A program made the position numbers and the translations under genes. Under the pieces are notes generated by a model, which saw only the letters and a list, made by a program, of their open reading frames with translations, made no database searches and was not told the origin of the DNA. A stretch of 64,000 nt of DNA from Takakia lepidozioides (Eukaryota > Plantae > Bryophyta): the NCBI GenBank assembly GCA_030704615.1, contig CM060732.1, positions 11,284,001 to 11,348,000 on the forward strand, written 5' to 3'. Positions 25,901-38,416 of the stretch are shown here, one piece after another; positions within the stretch are counted from its first letter, which is position 1; each line of letters opens with the position of its first letter.

Positions 25901-28812
25901 TTAATAGAAGGAAATGGTATAAATGAGTCCTCTCCTGTGTTGTTTCTCAAAGCGGTGAATGACGTCATCAATCTCATCCTCCCACGTGTCTGCAAGCTCA
26001 AGCTGCACCCCACCCGCTCCATCAGCTTTGACACAAATGTCTCCTCTCACTCAGTGCAGTTATGCTTACATTGACGGATCGCTTGCTAATTTGTGCAACC
26101 TCAAGCTTCAAGTCTTTCTTTTTCAAGAGGATGACCAAATCTCTCTCTCTAGGCCACAAGGCTGCGGCAACAGTACATTCTCTGTCTCTCCCTCTCTTGT
26201 TCCACCCAAACTGAGCTCCTTATCTATGGCCACAAGGCTATGGCAAACAATGTCCTATGAGTAGAGTCTCTCTTTTCAAAAAAAGCTGTGACATGCCAAC
26301 ATCCACAAAACATCCACAAAATGTTCATGTGAGTAATTGCAATGAGGTCTTAGGCCAGCTATTGCTGACTTCCGGGACACATTAACTAATTGCTGACACC
26401 AGTTTTCAGGAGCTAGTGTAAGGGCCTTTCCATTTGTATGTTTGAACAGAGAATGACCACGTCAGCAGGTTGACAATCTCAGAACAGGGAAACATTAACT
26501 AATTGCTGCCACACAGTTTTCAAGAGCTAGTGTAAGGGCCTTTTCAATTGTATGTTTGAACACAGAATGACCACTTCAGCAGGTTGATAATCTCAGTACA
26601 GGTATTCTGCAGCTCCTCCATTAGTGAGAATGGCCTGCGCTCTGAGCCCAGCCAATTTGAACTAACTGCCCTGCTAAGTGAAGGTCACAGCTACAGTTGC
26701 AATGTGCTTCACCAATGGAATGGCAGAATACCCTAGCATTCTTGGCATAGACCCTGGGACATCACCTTTCCTGGTAGAATCACAACTCAATATGGAACTA
26801 CAGTAACTTCGTACGGCCACGGTGTCCTCTTAGTCTAACTGATGAAGACACAAAATGAGAAGTCAAACCCACACTGTCGTGCTCTAATTGGCATGTGTCA
26901 GTACTCATACTGCTGTCCTTCAAAAGAGTCTGCCGCACTCCAAACACAAAAGCTTCACCGTGATAGAGCAAGTGACTTCATTTTAATAAGTGTTGCCTAG
27001 AGTGCTATAGTGTTCCTCCAAGCGTATTGAACAAAATTGGTATCTGATAAACGTTTCTAAGAAGATACTGAAATACAATTCAGATTAACAGTTCATGTTC
27101 ACTTTCTCAAGAATAGAGGACTTGTACTATCGTGCCGTCAGCTGCAAGGTTGAATGTACGTTCTACTGTTGTACCGACAAAGATGACTCACCCTCTGGCA
27201 AACATCAAGAACCAGCTTCGCGCAAACTGCAGCCTCCTCGTGGTTGTCTTTTACATCCATATTAATCACCAATACACTCTTCAATAATTTTGTATCGCGA
27301 TTCTCAAGATCTGCATTTTACAAAAAGATTAGACATGGAAGTCCCCAGGAAGACAGATGCAACTTATATTATTCAAGTTAGTATGAAATTCACCCAGATG
27401 AAGTGAAGTATAGATCAGGGCTTCTTCAAAAATCATGTTGATAAATTTACTTTACAAACAGAGTCATAAAGGGCAGCAAGAGATATCCAAAGGAGAATAC
27501 AACAAGAAACTTCAAGGCTACTGAACACCATCACATGAGTGTGAATGTTTGCTAAACTCAGACCACTTGAAATAGAAGAAGGCCACATTTCCAGTTGTCT
27601 CAAGGTCATTCTACACTGGCATGGAGCAAGAATGCAGAACGCTACATCCACAATAATTTTAAAATTCTTCACCCTCAGCATTTCAGACTCGTTTAATGTG
27701 CTTCATCAAAGCAGAAGCAATTCTAAAAAAACAAGGATCAGGCAAACAGGGCAGACCTTCAATGACCATGTCAAAAACTCTCTCTTCAAATGTGAAAACC
27801 ACATCAAAAGCACCATCCGCAACATTGTCTTGCCAGCGCTGTGGGGCCTCCTTGACACTCAAATTACGCTTCAGCATCTGCAACAGTCCGTTCCGCTTAT
27901 ATCTGCATGTCTTGTTAAGTACACAAAATCAAGCTTGACCCACCCCACAACCAGAATAAGTGAGCAGAAAACAGCTCCTTGTAAAAGCACAAAGGCATCC
28001 CCCTGGAAAAACATGTAATTTCCATAGAACTAGATCAGACCACAACGCCCTCTGTCACAAGTTCTAGTACTTATGTCTAGCAGAGGACAGCTCTGTCGGT
28101 GATTATCCTTTAGCACCCTTAAACACAGCCAGTATGTAAACAACGGAGCCAATAAGCCGGTTTTCCTGTTTATTGACCTAGAAGAGAAACATGTGGGCAG
28201 ATACTCATAATGCACGAGACAAGGTTTCCTAGTAAGAACAGAAGTCTAGATCCTGTTTCTATTCATAAGACATTGCTGCGAGGTTTTGCGACTCCCGCGA
28301 GTCAGCTCTTGGGAACTTTCGTGACATGGCAACTAGGAAGAGCATTCGTAACAACTAGAATTGGCTTAGGAATTCATGGAGACTGAGCTATCAAAAGGAT
28401 AGGGATGTCACATTCTTCGAGAGATTCCCGGCGAACACATTACTCAAGATCTTCTGTCATCGAAAATCTAAAACTTGCGCAATGTACGACAACATTCTAA
28501 CCTAATCCCCAACTTTGCATCTCCAACTGACAATTCCTTTCCCCGGCCCTCTCTCACAAGAAACTCCATTGGTAGACAGACCCTAAAAAAAGGATACAGA
28601 TCGGGGTCTTTGCGCTTGAGATCATCAAACATGACACGATAGGGAGTGCCAAAAGCATACACGTTGGGTTCCCGAATCGAAGGACCAGGCAATTTTACAT
28701 GCGCCCCAGTGCCATACGAGCTCACATCCAGGCCCTGCTTCTGCAGCAGCGCGTGCGCCTCCATGCTGCGGTTCTGGTTGCTTGCACACACCATGGCATG
28801 GCGCAGCCTCAT
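25901..28812 (-). CDS. SSU72: RNA Pol II CTD phosphatase Ssu72 (exons 28812-28598, 27902-27757, 27310-27192, 26002-25901)
   Basis: Catalytic VCASNQNRSMEAH, then SYGTGAHVKLPG, DPDL|YKRNGLLQMLKRN, FDVVFTFEERVFD, DVKDNHEEA, and the C-terminus IYTISFY*. Confidence 0.95.
26375..26602. repeat. ~112-bp tandem duplication in SSU72 last intron
   Basis: Two copies of ACATTAACTAATTGCTG...AGCTAGTGTAAGGGCCTTT...CAGCAGGTTGA(C/T)AATCTCAG(A/T)ACAGG with few mismatches. Confidence 0.9.
27903..28597 (-). other. U12-type (minor spliceosome) GT-AG intron in SSU72
   Basis: 5' splice site GTATCCTTTT. Branch site TACTTAAC (27921-27914) lies ~11 nt before the AG, with no polypyrimidine tract. Confidence 0.88.
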
Positions 28813-29916
28813 TCATCCGCTTCCTATCCTAAACAACCCCCCCACCCAACCCCTCTCCTCCCCTCCACCTTTCTACTGTACACCACCTCTCTACCCTCCT
28901 CTTTCTTCAACTCTGGCACTAAAACATCCCTCAATTCCCAAGTACCTCCCTCTATGTCTAATTCTTCACGCATTCCAGCTTCCTTCCCTTCTGCCACTCT
29001 CCCTACCCCGATCTCTGTCTCTATACCTAACTGTCCGTGCCCCTACTGCTACATCTCAACGTCATTACTGCATCACCACACTCCATTCCCCAAACACTCT
29101 GCATAGAGTTCTACCTTGTCTCTCCTCACATTCTTGCACTCACAGATTCCTAGGGTTTTGACCGGTATTTACCGGTCGATGATACTTGTGAATGCAAATT
29201 TTCATTGGTTTACAATGTGTTTCAGTTTTTTAATGTTTCTGTTCCTACTAGTTTTTGCAAAAGGGGGGTCCAAAAGACCTCCAGATGGAGGTAACAATAT
29301 CCCAAAGCAATTGGCACCAACCGGTTCCCAGAGTCCTAGGGCTGAGTCAGGCTTGCAATTAGGGTTGGTTTCAGCATGAACCCCAGTCACTTGTCACTTC
29401 CATCACAGAATCTACAGACAAACTGGGGACATCTTTGCACTCACTGGAGCAATAAATGATCCCTTTCAGACACCATTCTTGTTTTCCCGCAGTAGGCATG
29501 AAGTGGATAACAACTCCCACTGCAGCAGCGGCGTTGTCGCGGACCCATTCAAGTGCAGGAGGCAGTCGCATCTATGCAATGAGAATACAATGCAATGCAA
29601 TGACATTGGTATGGATCAGATACTCCTCCCCAACTGGTGTTGGATAAATGCACTTTGACTGTCCTGCCTTTGGCAGAGCAATAGACTGGTCAAGAAAAAT
29701 AAGGAATTTACACAGAAGTTTCCTAGAAGGCCTAGACAACAAACACAGCAATCTGGGCACTTCACAATGAAAATAGTAAGTAGATAACAGGAAGCAACCG
29801 TGACTCTAATAATAATCAATGTCTGTGCCTGAATGTGAGGGGAGTACATTATCCACAGACTAAATTACAGAAACTACGGGTATCATTCTCCCCAGCAATT
29901 GACAAGTAATACATAA

Positions 29917-32900
29917 TCAGACAGGGCTGAACAAAGGACAGGCAGCCAGACTAAGGGTGTTCTTCATCCGTGAGATGAGTTTGAATGTCTCCTCTGCCTC
30001 CACCTGGCGCCAAGGATCACCTTGTGCAAAGGCTGATGCACGGTCGGGATGAAACCGCAGCAACGCCTGCTTGTATGCTGAATTCACCTGCCATTGCATC
30101 AGCATGAATATCAGAGATTTCATAAAAGCTGCACGTCAATTTTATAGCATCTTATTACTGCACGCCTGTATTGATTCATTAGTAAAACCAGCAACATGAT
30201 ATGATCAAGTGAACTTCTGCCACTTGCTGGAAAAGTGATCTGATGGTTTGCACAGCTGGTGCACTACAGAACAAGGACAGTAGCAAAGGGATTGCTAAAA
30301 TCACCTGTTGTACAGTGGCAAACGCGGCCCCCTCAACAAAAATTCCAAGCCGACGAAGAAGCGAAGCCATGTCATTGCACCCCAAAGCCAAGCGCTCAAG
30401 ATCACTTCGAACTTGACCACGTAGCTCCTCCCTCAATTCCAAGTTCCATTCCTCCTAAATCAAAAGATACAAAGGAAAGGTTCTACTTAGATCTCCGGTA
30501 GCTAATTGATGTCGTCCGATTAGAGGTAATCGACGAACCCTCGACTGTGACAACGTCATCAGATACTGTGCTGAATCCAACACAATCCAAAGACCCACCC
30601 TGAGTTTGGCTTCTGCAGCGAATTCTTGCATCAAGGTGATGAGGATTTTGGACAAAATCCGGGAGGCCAGAGCCAACTTCATTCATCAAGGTAGGTCAAC
30701 AACGCCGAAGCCACCCTTCAGAGATGGTAAGGTTGCTCCATCCCCCTACGGAGTCTTATATGAATATATCATCTTTTTGTTCATCGCTTTTAATATGACC
30801 ATTCAAACAACGTCATATGAGTACATTCTTTTAATACGACTATTGCAGCCCTCATTAAAAAGGCACTGCAACCATGATCCCTCAGTGTTTCTGTGAAAGA
30901 GCTGTGCATACTGTGACTGAAGCCAGATACTGCAAGTACACCAACAGCTTCCATACAGCACCCATTCAAGGGATAACATCCCACTACCTTTTGTTGGCTC
31001 TGACGCATCTCTTGAAGCCGCTTTTTTTGCCTGCTTTGCATTTCCATCCTGCGGTCTGCTTGAGCCTTCCTTCTCTTCCGCAGCTTTTGCACCTCCTGAG
31101 CCTGTTTAAGGTATTCAGCGTGACACCTTTTAGTCTTGAGTCGCTTCTAGCGGCAAAATCTTGGGAGAAACAGAAACCCATTCCATTATTGCTTCAATTC
31201 TTGCAACCATTTGGTGTTCAAATGGGTAGGGACAACCTAAGTCCAGGATGACAATGAGAGCAAGGATCAACCTAGTGCAGACAACTTTCCTAATGTACGT
31301 CAATGTGGGCTAGAATGGTTGGAAACATGTAGCACTAAAATCTACATACAGACAAAGACAGCTGTACAGGCAAGAAAGGGAATAAGGTCCTCCCTGTCTA
31401 TTAGATGTATGTTTGAGCATTCCAGGGAGAACAAAAGCAAGAAAGATGATGGAAAAACAGCTTGGTCTCTTCTGTAACCCTGTTCCCTGCATGACCACAT
31501 TAGGCGTATGATGTCCCTGTGAACATAGCCTGTATGTATCCTTATGACTCACGAGTATTATAATCGATGAGATGACCTGCTCAAGCATACAACCACAGCC
31601 TACATTGCTGCCCATGACAATAATACCCAGGCTAGCCAAAAGGTTAGCTGAGGGCAACAACCAATGTGATAACCAAAGACAGTCTATTACCTGTCTCTCC
31701 AGCTCAAGCTGGCGGGATGCCCACTCTTCCTCATTTGCATGTTGAAACTCAGCAGTTTGTTTCATCTTCTCTCTCTGCCCAAGTAAGCTCTGTCCTGCAA
31801 TCCTTTCTATTCCCGCCTTCTTGCCTCCTCCCTCTTTCACGTCTACATCACCAATATCAGCCGAGCCAGACACACCACTATACTCATATTGTCTGCTTGT
31901 ACTCGCTTCATCAACTCTGTGAAAATAACCTCTCTCTTCCACCTTCTTCGACATCCATCCAGAAAGTTTGTCTGACTTAAAGCTTTCGTCCTTTCCCTTA
32001 TTTGCCTCTTGCACCCCCATCACATTTGATGCTATGGGGACCTCAACAGATATTTCATCAAATCCTTCAGAGGTAGTGAACAATACACTAGAGGATTCAT
32101 AAACTCGAGCAACTGTGGAGCCAACATGCGCTACCCTCTCATCTTTTGGCCTTCCACAAGCAGCAGCCTCTCCCCCAGTTTTGACCCAACCATTCTCTTC
32201 AGCTGCTGTAGTAGGACTGTCAGAATCTGTCGACGTAGCAACACTCTCCAGCAAAATTGTCTGTCCTCTTGGGCCCATTTCACGGCGGGGGACCCGTTGC
32301 TCCCTACGCCTGGATCCCTGGACAGCATTACGCTTGACAAGGTTTGAGGCCTGGCCTCTGCCACCATCCCCGCTGGCTTTAGAACCCTCACTCTCCACCC
32401 GGCCCATTCGACGCATGAGAGCAGCTTCCTCCCACAACTGGCGAATATCCCCTTGTGAATCACGCATGACTTCGATGTCCGAAGAGTCACTCTTTCTATG
32501 TGTCCCTTGGCTATTTTCATGTCTGTGGGCACTGGCACTTTGATTCCTCCCTATCCAAGAGGGGGCTCTTACATCCGCCTCCGTGGTGTCTTGATTCCTC
32601 TGTGCCGGACGCCAACCGAGTATTTGGCAATCATCATCATCACTGTCTTCCCCAGAACTGGAAGACTCCGACTTCCCATTGCTTGACTCCCGCACAGCTG
32701 GCATGGCTGTAGAGTAAAAACATACCAATATATGTCAGATCATTTTCCATACCATATATCTATGTGAGAGCCTAGTAAACTACCCACACTTGAAATGTAA
32801 GAAAAATCTAATGAGAAAGCCTCATCCAAGGTAATGGAGAACTTCCACACGTGAAAACAAAGGCATAAGGAAACCACCAAAAAGAAGAGGATAAGACAGG

Positions 32901-34487
32901 AAACTATCAAGTGAAGTCACACGGAATTAGAAACGACATAAAGAGGAAGGAACCCAAAAAGAATGCTGTCTCATGATATTACAGGCAAGGGGGAAACATG
33001 ACACCTGGAATCTTTTGTCAAACAGAAACAGAATTACATGATATGATAGAAGCAGCCGAGACCCTACAGTCTCTTGGTCCACCCACAAAAGACATCTTCG
33101 AAGATGTCAGGCCAGAATGGCACTGGTTTCATGGGTGGGAGTGGCCTGAGACTTGGTTGCCTGGTTCAGCACCAGTGATATGGTCTGTAGGCTTGGGTTG
33201 AGAGTAAAACTCAATATAGCATATCTAGCACATCCTATTTCCTTGCAACAAATTGCCTCCGTCAAGTGGAGGCAACAGTGGGTCCCACGGCTCTCTCTTT
33301 CTCTATTATATGACCTTGTCAGGCTCTGTCTCTCTTTTTCAAACGAACAAGCCAAAACCAGCATTCAACTGCAAAGCATCATGAGTACCAGGTCCAGCAG
33401 TTTGACCCCGGGCAGGGCGTCTAAAAGGCCTCAGTGAACCAGCATCACTGTCCATATCAGCATCTGTACAATGTTCGTCATCCTCCTCTTCCTCCTCCTC
33501 ATCATCGTCAAGGATAACTACCCCCACACCTGGACTCTGTCTGTGACCAATGTCCCCTCTGGGCCTCTCCAGAAGAGGACCCCTGGCACTTGAAAGATTC
33601 TCTTTCAGTTCTTCTGTCTTCATTTGACTTGCATCAGCACTTAGAACCCACTGGCTGCTCATGCCTTCAGGTAACTCCGTGGAGATGCTCCGGGACTCTG
33701 CAAAAGACAAGGACTTTCCTGGCCTCTCACCCTGCCTTTTCTGATCCCCCTCTGCTGGGAACTTATCGGAGCTCTCCGAGGAAACCCCCAGGTTGCTTGC
33801 ATGAGCAGTTGCTTCAAGTATTTCTCTTAAAGCCTCTCCTCTCTTCATATCTTGCTCAAGCGATTCCTCTGCACCCCCATCCGGAGCTCTCACTGTATTG
33901 CTTGCTCTAGCAGGTGGCACGTCTGCAACCGAATTACCCACAAGGGATCCTGCGAACATATGTCCTTCTGATCTGAGCAAATCCTCTGTGCCGATTGGCA
34001 CCTCCCAGTTGCATGGTTCTTCCAAGGACGAAGTCGGAAACCTCTGCACATCACCAATGCTATCTTTCATCAATACCTCCTGGGCAGATATCTTGAAGTC
34101 CCCTACCCATTTCTTAAGTCCATCCTCCAAGATCTCCTCACACATCTGTGTCTTGTCACTATGCTCTCTTGTTTGATCTACCTGAGGTCTTGGAAACCTC
34201 CCTCTCTCTTGTTGCTCTGACCATACAGACATGCTTTGCCAAGTTCTTCCTTCTGACACACCTTGCTGCCCTGGTACTCCAGATTGCAAACACTTGTCTT
34301 GCTCATCTGACAACCTTGCTTCTGGCCGAGGTGTTACGGCCGACCAACTATTGCTCAATCCATTCTTAAGGGTTCCCCCAACCCCTTCCTTTCGGCCCCA
34401 CAGATTATCGACTTCTCTCTCTTTCACTGCACATTCTAATGTTTCTTTAACAAGTAGAGCTCCCACACGTTTTGCCTTCAGGGTCAT
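29917..34487 (-). CDS. Large disordered protein with C-terminal coiled coil and J-domain (exons 34487-33389, 32706-31691, 31101-30988, 30454-30305, 30087-29917; 5' end uncertain)
   Basis: EEEWASRQLELERQ|AQEVQKLRKRRK...QKKRLQEMRQSQQK|...MASLLRRLGI...|VNSAYKQALLRFHPDR...EAEETFKLISRMK (HPD motif). Splice phases are consistent. Confidence 0.8.
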
Positions 34488-35899
34488 ACTCTGTTCATCT
34501 TAGTAATCTCCCTGCAGAAAAACCTTCTTTCCAATCTCTGTTATAAACTGCTCAGACAGAGTTCCAGCGGCTCTGACACTCCAGAACTGTTGATTTCAGT
34601 AGGAGACCTCATATCAACAGACCCAACATCTAGGTGACCCCATGGGAGCATTCCCTCACTCCTGGTCTGTTCCTCTTGTTCACTACTGGATGTGTCACTC
34701 TGACAGCTTACCCAGCTTCTTTCTTCGCAAAATATCTTACCCTTGTTCCCAACACTCTGCCCGTTGATAGCATTTCCAACAACCACTTGTTCTTCTGCAT
34801 ATACGTCCTCCTTCAAAGGCGCCACTGACCACTTGAGGTCCTCTTGCGAGGCTGTCCAAGCAACAGATGGCCGATATGTTTCGACTGCAACTGCACACAC
34901 TTTTCCTGGCTCTGCAAGCCCATTAAGACACTCCTCAACTGTGCTTTTGTGAAACTGGGATCTGGACCCCTTCCCCACAGGAGGACTTCCCTCTGGAAAC
35001 TGTACACCTGAATCAGACACCTTGGCCTCCGCAAAAGTATTGGAAGATGGTGAAGGAGATAGACCCAGATCTGTTGCAGCCAATGGAATCTCTCCAACTG
35101 ATGCTATTATGCAGGAAGCACAGGGGTAATCAGAATGATGAAACAAAATCTCCCCACAATCTAACAAGCAGCAGCTACACTTATAAAGTCGCCGTGCTCT
35201 TGTCATCTGATGAAACAAGTCCAGGCTTGCCTAAGGGGCCATCCAACAGCTCTTCCAATCATCTCTATCCTACTTAGGTTCACCTCATCTGAACTCCCCC
35301 ATCAGGACGGGAACCCACAGTTCATCTTGTCAATTCAGTAAACACCTGCAACGAACAACAACACCAAGCATATGAAAGTTGCTCGTAAAAGCAAAGAGAT
35401 GTACTTCCAAATACACCCCTTCAAAGTTCGCACATTACAGCCACCCGAAGTCGAATTTCATCCAGCAGAATGGAAAGATAGAGGAAAGAGGAGAGGGTGA
35501 AAGGGACAGGAGGACGACTAGTTTCAAAGGTCACTTGAACAGACTACTTTTGTGAGAGAGGAAAGAGGAAAGCATCTGATCTCCACTGTAACTCTTTGTG
35601 TCGTCATGTAAATGCCAAGACAGCCGTCATACACCACCACTATCTCTTTGGGCTGAGAGTTCACGTTGACTAAGAGATGAAACCCTACCCTCAGTTGGGC
35701 TTTCGGAGCATTTAGAGACTTGGCCATGAAACTGTGTAATCCAGGCGATGGGACTTCCCACCGACATTCGCTGTGATGTTTCACTCGAATCCACTTAATC
35801 CTGGATATCCCTGACCCAGATCCAGTTTAGTCAGTCCACTAACTTCGATCCATCTGTCTTGATTAGTGTGCCATTGTTAAGAACTAAGAACATCCCCGA

Positions 35900-37100
35900 T
35901 AGATCCGCCATCTAGGGATGGATTCAAAGTCACGAGCAGACACACCGTCAACATTAAACTGCATATCGAGCAGATTTACTGTATGCTACGCTCAAAGTTC
36001 CGTGACGGTTGGGACAAATACTAGTGGGAGAAATGAACAATCCGTTCGGAACGCTATACTCACACCCTCGTAACTCCCAGCAATAGGTCCATGCTTGCAT
36101 CCTTTGTCACGTTCTCTTCAAGTTCTGGTCCCACTCCCTCACGTGAAGTCTTACGTACAAATTCGGGATAGAAGAGGCCATAAAAGGCAGATTTCCACCT
36201 CCAAACTGAAGCAAAAGGGAAACCGAAACTAGAGAGATACAAATACTAGCGGAGATGAGAGAGACCCCCAAAAATCACAGCATTCACCAGAGTATGGTAC
36301 CTGTATGTGGGCCATTGCACACCAGATTGCCACCAAAGTGCCGAGGAGCACCAGAGACAAAGGAAAGAGAGATTTATGTGGCTCCCTGTCCCCAAACGAA
36401 CACTCCTTCGCCTTTCCAAGATCGTGATCCCGTAAACGATGGAGAGAGAAAGAGGGAGGGATGATGACGAAGGCAGCGGACCATCCACGGAGAAGAGTAG
36501 AAAAGAATAGAGATGCAAAGGAAACTTCTCCCAAATCAGAATGTACTGCAACAGATCTCCGGAGAGATCAGTGAGGCAGAGTTAGGAGCATAAAGACACT
36601 CAGAAACGTAACAGAGAAAAAAACATGGTTGAATCCCCATTGAACATGAATTTGCGGATCAAGAATGTGACAATCCTCACCAATCAGAGACTGGCACCAT
36701 ATGTCATACGGAATATCCTTCAAGATACTTCTCGACAGATGCCTTTGATTTGCAAACTTAGCCGAATCATGCTCACTTCCGTTTCCAATAAACTTCGCCT
36801 TTTCAACATGCAAGAGGCAAGTGCGCAAGTGCTCATACTTGATCTGCCGCAAGGAATTAGCTCTGATGTCCATATTCTTGCAGGTACTAGTGAGGATGAG
36901 TGATTTGGAGGAAGTTGTCCTGAAGGCGGGAGACGAGATGTCCCACTCATCCGGATCCGTAGGAAGTGGCAAAGGAACCTGGCTCTGCGTGATGTCTATC
37001 ATGGTTCAAACAATCACACACTATCAGCAAGCTGCAGCCATTTACACGCTCATGCCTTCCGAGTGCAGGTTAGCCATCTCAATAAATGGCCGGGTCCTGC
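35900..37100 (-). mobile_element. Highly decayed CRE-like LINE RT remnant
   Basis: ORF 36568..37002 contains a proline-rich segment followed by KYEHLRTCL, matching YEHLRECL of the RT at 13-543. Downstream frames are broken and the boundaries are approximate. Confidence 0.45.
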
Positions 37101-38416
37101 TTGAGAGCACTCTTTGAATTGCTACTGTGGTTTATATGATACTCAAAGAACTGAGCGTATGTGGCAACATCGGGTTGCATTTTGGGACACAAAAGCAACG
37201 AAGGTCTACTTCTGATGAGTGTGTGAATTCAGTTATGGACTGTCAGTTAAAGTACTTTGTATGGCCCTGTATGGTTCTTTTTCCCCTCCTAATCCTGTCT
37301 TTCCCTATGTTGTGGAATGTGAAACTGCTGGGCACCTGTAAAGTTGGGTGTAATGAAATGTGCATCTTGACATCCATATTACTGGGCTCAAAACTGCAGG
37401 CAGGAAATGGGGCAGGGCCAAGTTGTTTCACAGTTGGGCTGCAGCTCCATGTGCTCCAACAGCTTTAAATGTCGTCGTCTTTGACTCTTAGATGGGAGGT
37501 TTGTCGTGCTGCCACTCCTGCGACAGCTTATTTAGTACACCACTCAGTTCTAAATATGTCTGAAAACTTGCAGTTGGTTTGTGACATGTTCCGTCATTGC
37601 TGGAAGTCTGGATCCTCAGGCAGATTCCAGACACTGGCTCACCTGTGTTATAGAGATACACTCTTGAAATGGCGAAATTGGGGTCCAACAAGGAGACCTT
37701 GCCTTTGAACCTTGGAAAGGAACAACATCGCTATCAACAATGGAAAGAAGTCGAGCAACAGAAAGAATGTCAAGCAAGATGTTGCAGGAAGACTCTCACG
37801 CAGCCAGGCAACAGGTTGGGGCCAGATGTATGCCCTCGAGTATGTCACTTGACTGCGTTGATAAAAATGTGGCATTTCTGGATGTCACCCACTGGCTTCC
37901 GCCTCCGGATCGCCCCAATCTCCCATTTTTAACTCCATCACCCCCACCAGTGTTCGTTCTCGATGGTTGGCTCCAACATTTGACAATGCAATGTTCATGT
38001 TTTGCGGCCCCTCAATTTGTGTGCTCTGAATTCTTACCGTGAAGTTGGACTTGAGAAATTGTAGTTGCAGAAACTGGGTCGCATCCATATTTATGAATTT
38101 CATGAACTAGTAGTTAGTGGTTCACATTAAGACCTGTGTGCCAACAAAACTGCTGTTAAAGGGAGCCAGAGAAAAGTGTTCACAAATGTCCATGTCCCTG
38201 TACATACATAACTAAATCTTATACATGTGACAAGCAAAGCTATGTCTAACAGCCCTGCATGTTTAAGCTGCTGCACTGTCGACCAATGAGAAAAGAGAGC
38301 ACAGGCTGACGAGTGCAGTGTGCACCCTCACTTTCTAAGTACACTATAGTTGTTTGACTTGAGTCAGAATAGAATGGGACAGAGGCTCCCCTGAGTCCCC
38401 TCATATCCCCTGTTAA

